NCBI GenBank assembly: GCA_046539005.1
Contig: JBKHHV010000002.1
Location: forward strand, 1-34,290
Length of the DNA: 34,290 nucleotides
Reading direction: 5' to 3'
Source of the DNA: Phycisphaerae bacterium
Lineage (GTDB): Bacteria > Planctomycetota > Phycisphaerae > SM23-33
Shown here: one piece after another, positions 32,124 to 34,290 of the stretch
Layout of the letters: each line of letters opens with the position of its first letter
Position numbering within the stretch: position 1 is the stretch's first letter
Program-made: the position numbers and the translations under genes
The notes under the pieces: model-generated
Told to the model about the DNA's origin: nothing
The model's input: the letters and a program-made list of their open reading frames with translations, nothing else
The model's database searches: none

Positions 32124-34290
32124 ATGAAGCTGTCGCACATTCTGACGATTCTGCTGGGACTGGCGCTGGTGGCGGTGCTTGCCCCGCTTACCCAGTTCCT
32201 GACCATCAGCACGGTCAACATGGATGCCGAAACCGCTACGCCCTTGGCATGGGCGGTCGGGATCATCTTCAGTATCGTGCTGGTATTGGGAACAGTCCGC
32301 GCTATCGCCAGAATCCGCCTGGTCAGCAAGCCCAATCTCGTGATCCTCTACTGCATGCTTACCGTGGCCGTGCCCGTGATGAACCTCGGGCTCGTCCGTC
32401 CGGCCTACATGTCCATGCAGGCGGTGATGCGGGAGTACCTCTTCTACGGCACCAATACCTACCGGACAGCGTACAACTCGCTGACCGACGAGTGGTTCCC
32501 CGTGGTGCCCACGCGCGAGGGGGTTGCCTGGCTCAAGGGTGAACGCCTGCTGACCCTCCTGCGGGACGACCAGGCCGTCGCCTCCGCCCAGAACGCCGAC
32601 CGCCGACTGCGGCTGGCACTGATCGGCGAGGCACAGCGGAGGCAAACCGCCTCCACACAGCCTGCCGACATCAGCCGAGAGCAGATGCTGGAATGGGTCT
32701 CCAAGCTGACGGCCGACGAGGCGTCAACCATTCTCAGTGAGAAGAAGCGATGGAAGCAGGAGGACCTCCGGTCTCTGGGGATACTCACAGACCTCGCCCA
32801 GCGGAAGGAGAACGCCCTCGCCACCAGCGCCGAGGCCGCCGAGAAACTGCCCGGCATGCTGGACGGGATCGACGAGTTCGAGGCGAGCCTGCTGGAGAAG
32901 AACTGGGATGCCTTGGACCTCAGCAGCCGCGACAGGATCATCTCGCTGGACGCCGGCCTTCGCAGTGAGGAGCAGCGCCGTCAGCGAACGGCCGACTTCC
33001 GCGACCGTGCCGACCAACTGGGGGCGATGATCGCATCGCTCACGCGAACCGACTGGGCGAAGGTTCGCGGTGCCCTCAAGCAGGCCTACCTTGCACGGTT
33101 CGACGAGATGCCCGCCGAGGCCGTCGATGCCCTGCGTCACAACATGGTCTTCCGCATGAAGACCTCGCAGCGCAAGGAAATGCTTGCCCACGACGGGACG
33201 GCCGGGACCGTGGACCAGAACCTCGATGGGTTCCGCACTGGCCTCCAGAGGAAGGGCGCCACCGACGAGCGCTACCTGCCGGAGAAGTTCGACGAGGCCG
33301 CCGAGAGCCTTCCCTGGCACCTGTGGGCCAAGCCGATCGTCATGTGGTCGTCGCTGTTCCTGTCGATTTTCCTGCTGCTGATGTGTATCTCCGAATGGCT
33401 CCGCCGCAAGTGGATCGACCGGGAGAACCTCGCCTTCCCGCTGGTGGAGGTGGCCGACCATCTCATCCGCCACGACAGCGAACTGGAGACCAGTTCCGAC
33501 TTCACCGATCCGGCCCCACGAAAATGGCCGATCAACCCGGTGTTCATGGTGGGTTTCGCCATCGGCATGTTCTGGGTGGGTATCGAGGCGTTGGCCCACT
33601 ACGGCTTCATTACCGGCGATTACAGCGTGTACTTCCAGGTCTCCAAGGAGCTGTTCACCACCGGCGATCTCAAGCAGGCCGACAAGGTCTTCCTGGTGAT
33701 CTCGCCGATCGTACTGGGCATCGGTTTTCTGGTGAGCCTGGAGATCAGTTTCTCGGCTTGGGCGATCTTCTTCCTCTACACGTTCGTAGTGATGGTAGGC
33801 AAGAACAGCTACCCGGACCTGAAGGACAGCCTGTTCACCGGCTGGGCGGGTGGAAAGCAGTATCCATTTCCCACCGAGCAGATGCTGGGAGCATGCATCT
33901 GCTTTGCCGGCATCGTGCTGTACAAGACCTTCCGCGGGCGAAAGCGTGCCCAGGGCCCGCTGGCGAACGACTACTTCATTCCGCCGCGGCTGAACACCAT
34001 CGGGCTCATCGTCCTGCCGCTGGTGGTCCTGGTACTGCTGTGGAGTCACGGTGTCGCCAGCACTCCGGCCGGTATCCTGTTCGTCATCGGCATGGCGTTC
34101 ATCGCCTTCGTGCAGATGATCACGGCCGCCCGGGTCCGCGCGGAGACCGGGCTTCCCAGCCAGCACGTGTCGTACGAGTTCACCAAGGCTCCGATGGTCT
34201 TCGGGCTTACGGGCTTTACCGGGGCGAAGGTCTTCACGATGTTCGTGACAATCGCCTTCCTGCCCCTGACGCTGCTGATGCGCATGATTC
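32124..34290 (+). CDS. Large atypical polytopic membrane protein, 3'-truncated by the window edge (at least 722 aa)
   Basis: The frame is open from ATG 32124 to the end of the window, so it is not in the track. The product starts MKLSHILTILLGLALVAVLAPL... About 3 N-terminal TM segments are followed by roughly 330 aa of charged helical sequence (R/E/A/L-rich) and then at least 7 TM segments (PIVMWSSLFLSIFLLLMCI, VFMVGFAIGMFWVGIEAL, VFLVISPIVLGIGFLVSLEISFSAWAIFFLY, GILFVIGMAFIAFVQMI...). It starts 66 nt after the ABC ATPase gene. Confidence 0.7.
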   Translation, partial: MKLSHILTILLGLALVAVLAPLTQFLTISTVNMDAETATPLAWAVGIIFSIVLVLGTVRAIARIRLVSKPNLVILYCMLTVAVPVMNLGLVRPAYMSMQAVMREYLFYGTNTYRTAYNSLTDEWFPVVPTREGVAWLKGERLLTLLRDDQAVASAQNADRRLRLALIGEAQRRQTASTQPADISREQMLEWVSKLTADEASTILSEKKRWKQEDLRSLGILTDLAQRKENALATSAEAAEKLPGMLDGIDEFEASLLEKNWDALDLSSRDRIISLDAGLRSEEQRRQRTADFRDRADQLGAMIASLTRTDWAKVRGALKQAYLARFDEMPAEAVDALRHNMVFRMKTSQRKEMLAHDGTAGTVDQNLDGFRTGLQRKGATDERYLPEKFDEAAESLPWHLWAKPIVMWSSLFLSIFLLLMCISEWLRRKWIDRENLAFPLVEVADHLIRHDSELETSSDFTDPAPRKWPINPVFMVGFAIGMFWVGIEALAHYGFITGDYSVYFQVSKELFTTGDLKQADKVFLVISPIVLGIGFLVSLEISFSAWAIFFLYTFVVMVGKNSYPDLKDSLFTGWAGGKQYPFPTEQMLGACICFAGIVLYKTFRGRKRAQGPLANDYFIPPRLNTIGLIVLPLVVLVLLWSHGVASTPAGILFVIGMAFIAFVQMITAARVRAETGLPSQHVSYEFTKAPMVFGLTGFTGAKVFTMFVTIAFLPLTLLMRMI

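Overview
This is a high-GC bacterial chromosomal window. Gene content points to Planctomycetota, probably Phycisphaerae-like: many PEP-CTERM proteins with dockerin-like repeats, numerous lipoproteins, and long shadow ORFs on the antisense strand. That assignment is an inference. I support 22 protein-coding genes, two of them truncated by the window edges. I found no rRNA, tRNA, CRISPR array, transposase or integrase. Layout: (1) 1-13.2 kb holds envelope genes, namely small lipoproteins, a 1210-aa AsmA/TamB-like protein, a HAD/LNS2-like lipoprotein translationally coupled to another lipoprotein, a stand-alone eRF1/Pelota-like (baeRF-type) protein, and a fused TIGR03546+TIGR03545-like membrane protein. 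(2) 13.2-17.6 kb (minus strand) holds a NitT/TauT-type ABC importer (binding protein, permease, ATPase) followed co-directionally by selA. (3) 17.8-31.1 kb (plus strand) is an island of six PEP-CTERM secreted proteins, including a 1746-aa beta-strand-repeat giant. The genes look monocistronic, and four of them have both a near-consensus sigma70-like promoter and a hairpin terminator. A two-PDZ HtrA-like protein that appears to have lost its catalytic triad interrupts the island. (4) 31.3-34.3 kb holds a MacB/LolD-type ABC ATPase and a very large atypical polytopic membrane protein that runs off the right edge. The most unusual observations are the apparent pseudoprotease inside the PEP-CTERM island, a sorting-signal/3'UTR/terminator cassette shared at nucleotide level by two otherwise unrelated genes, a recurrent GACTGAGG / CTGAGGTAA motif in the long low-GC leaders of the island genes, and the eRF1-like protein with HGQGTG in place of the GGQ loop. 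I cannot show that any of these is a new system. All family assignments are by-eye motif recognition and need HMM or structure searches.
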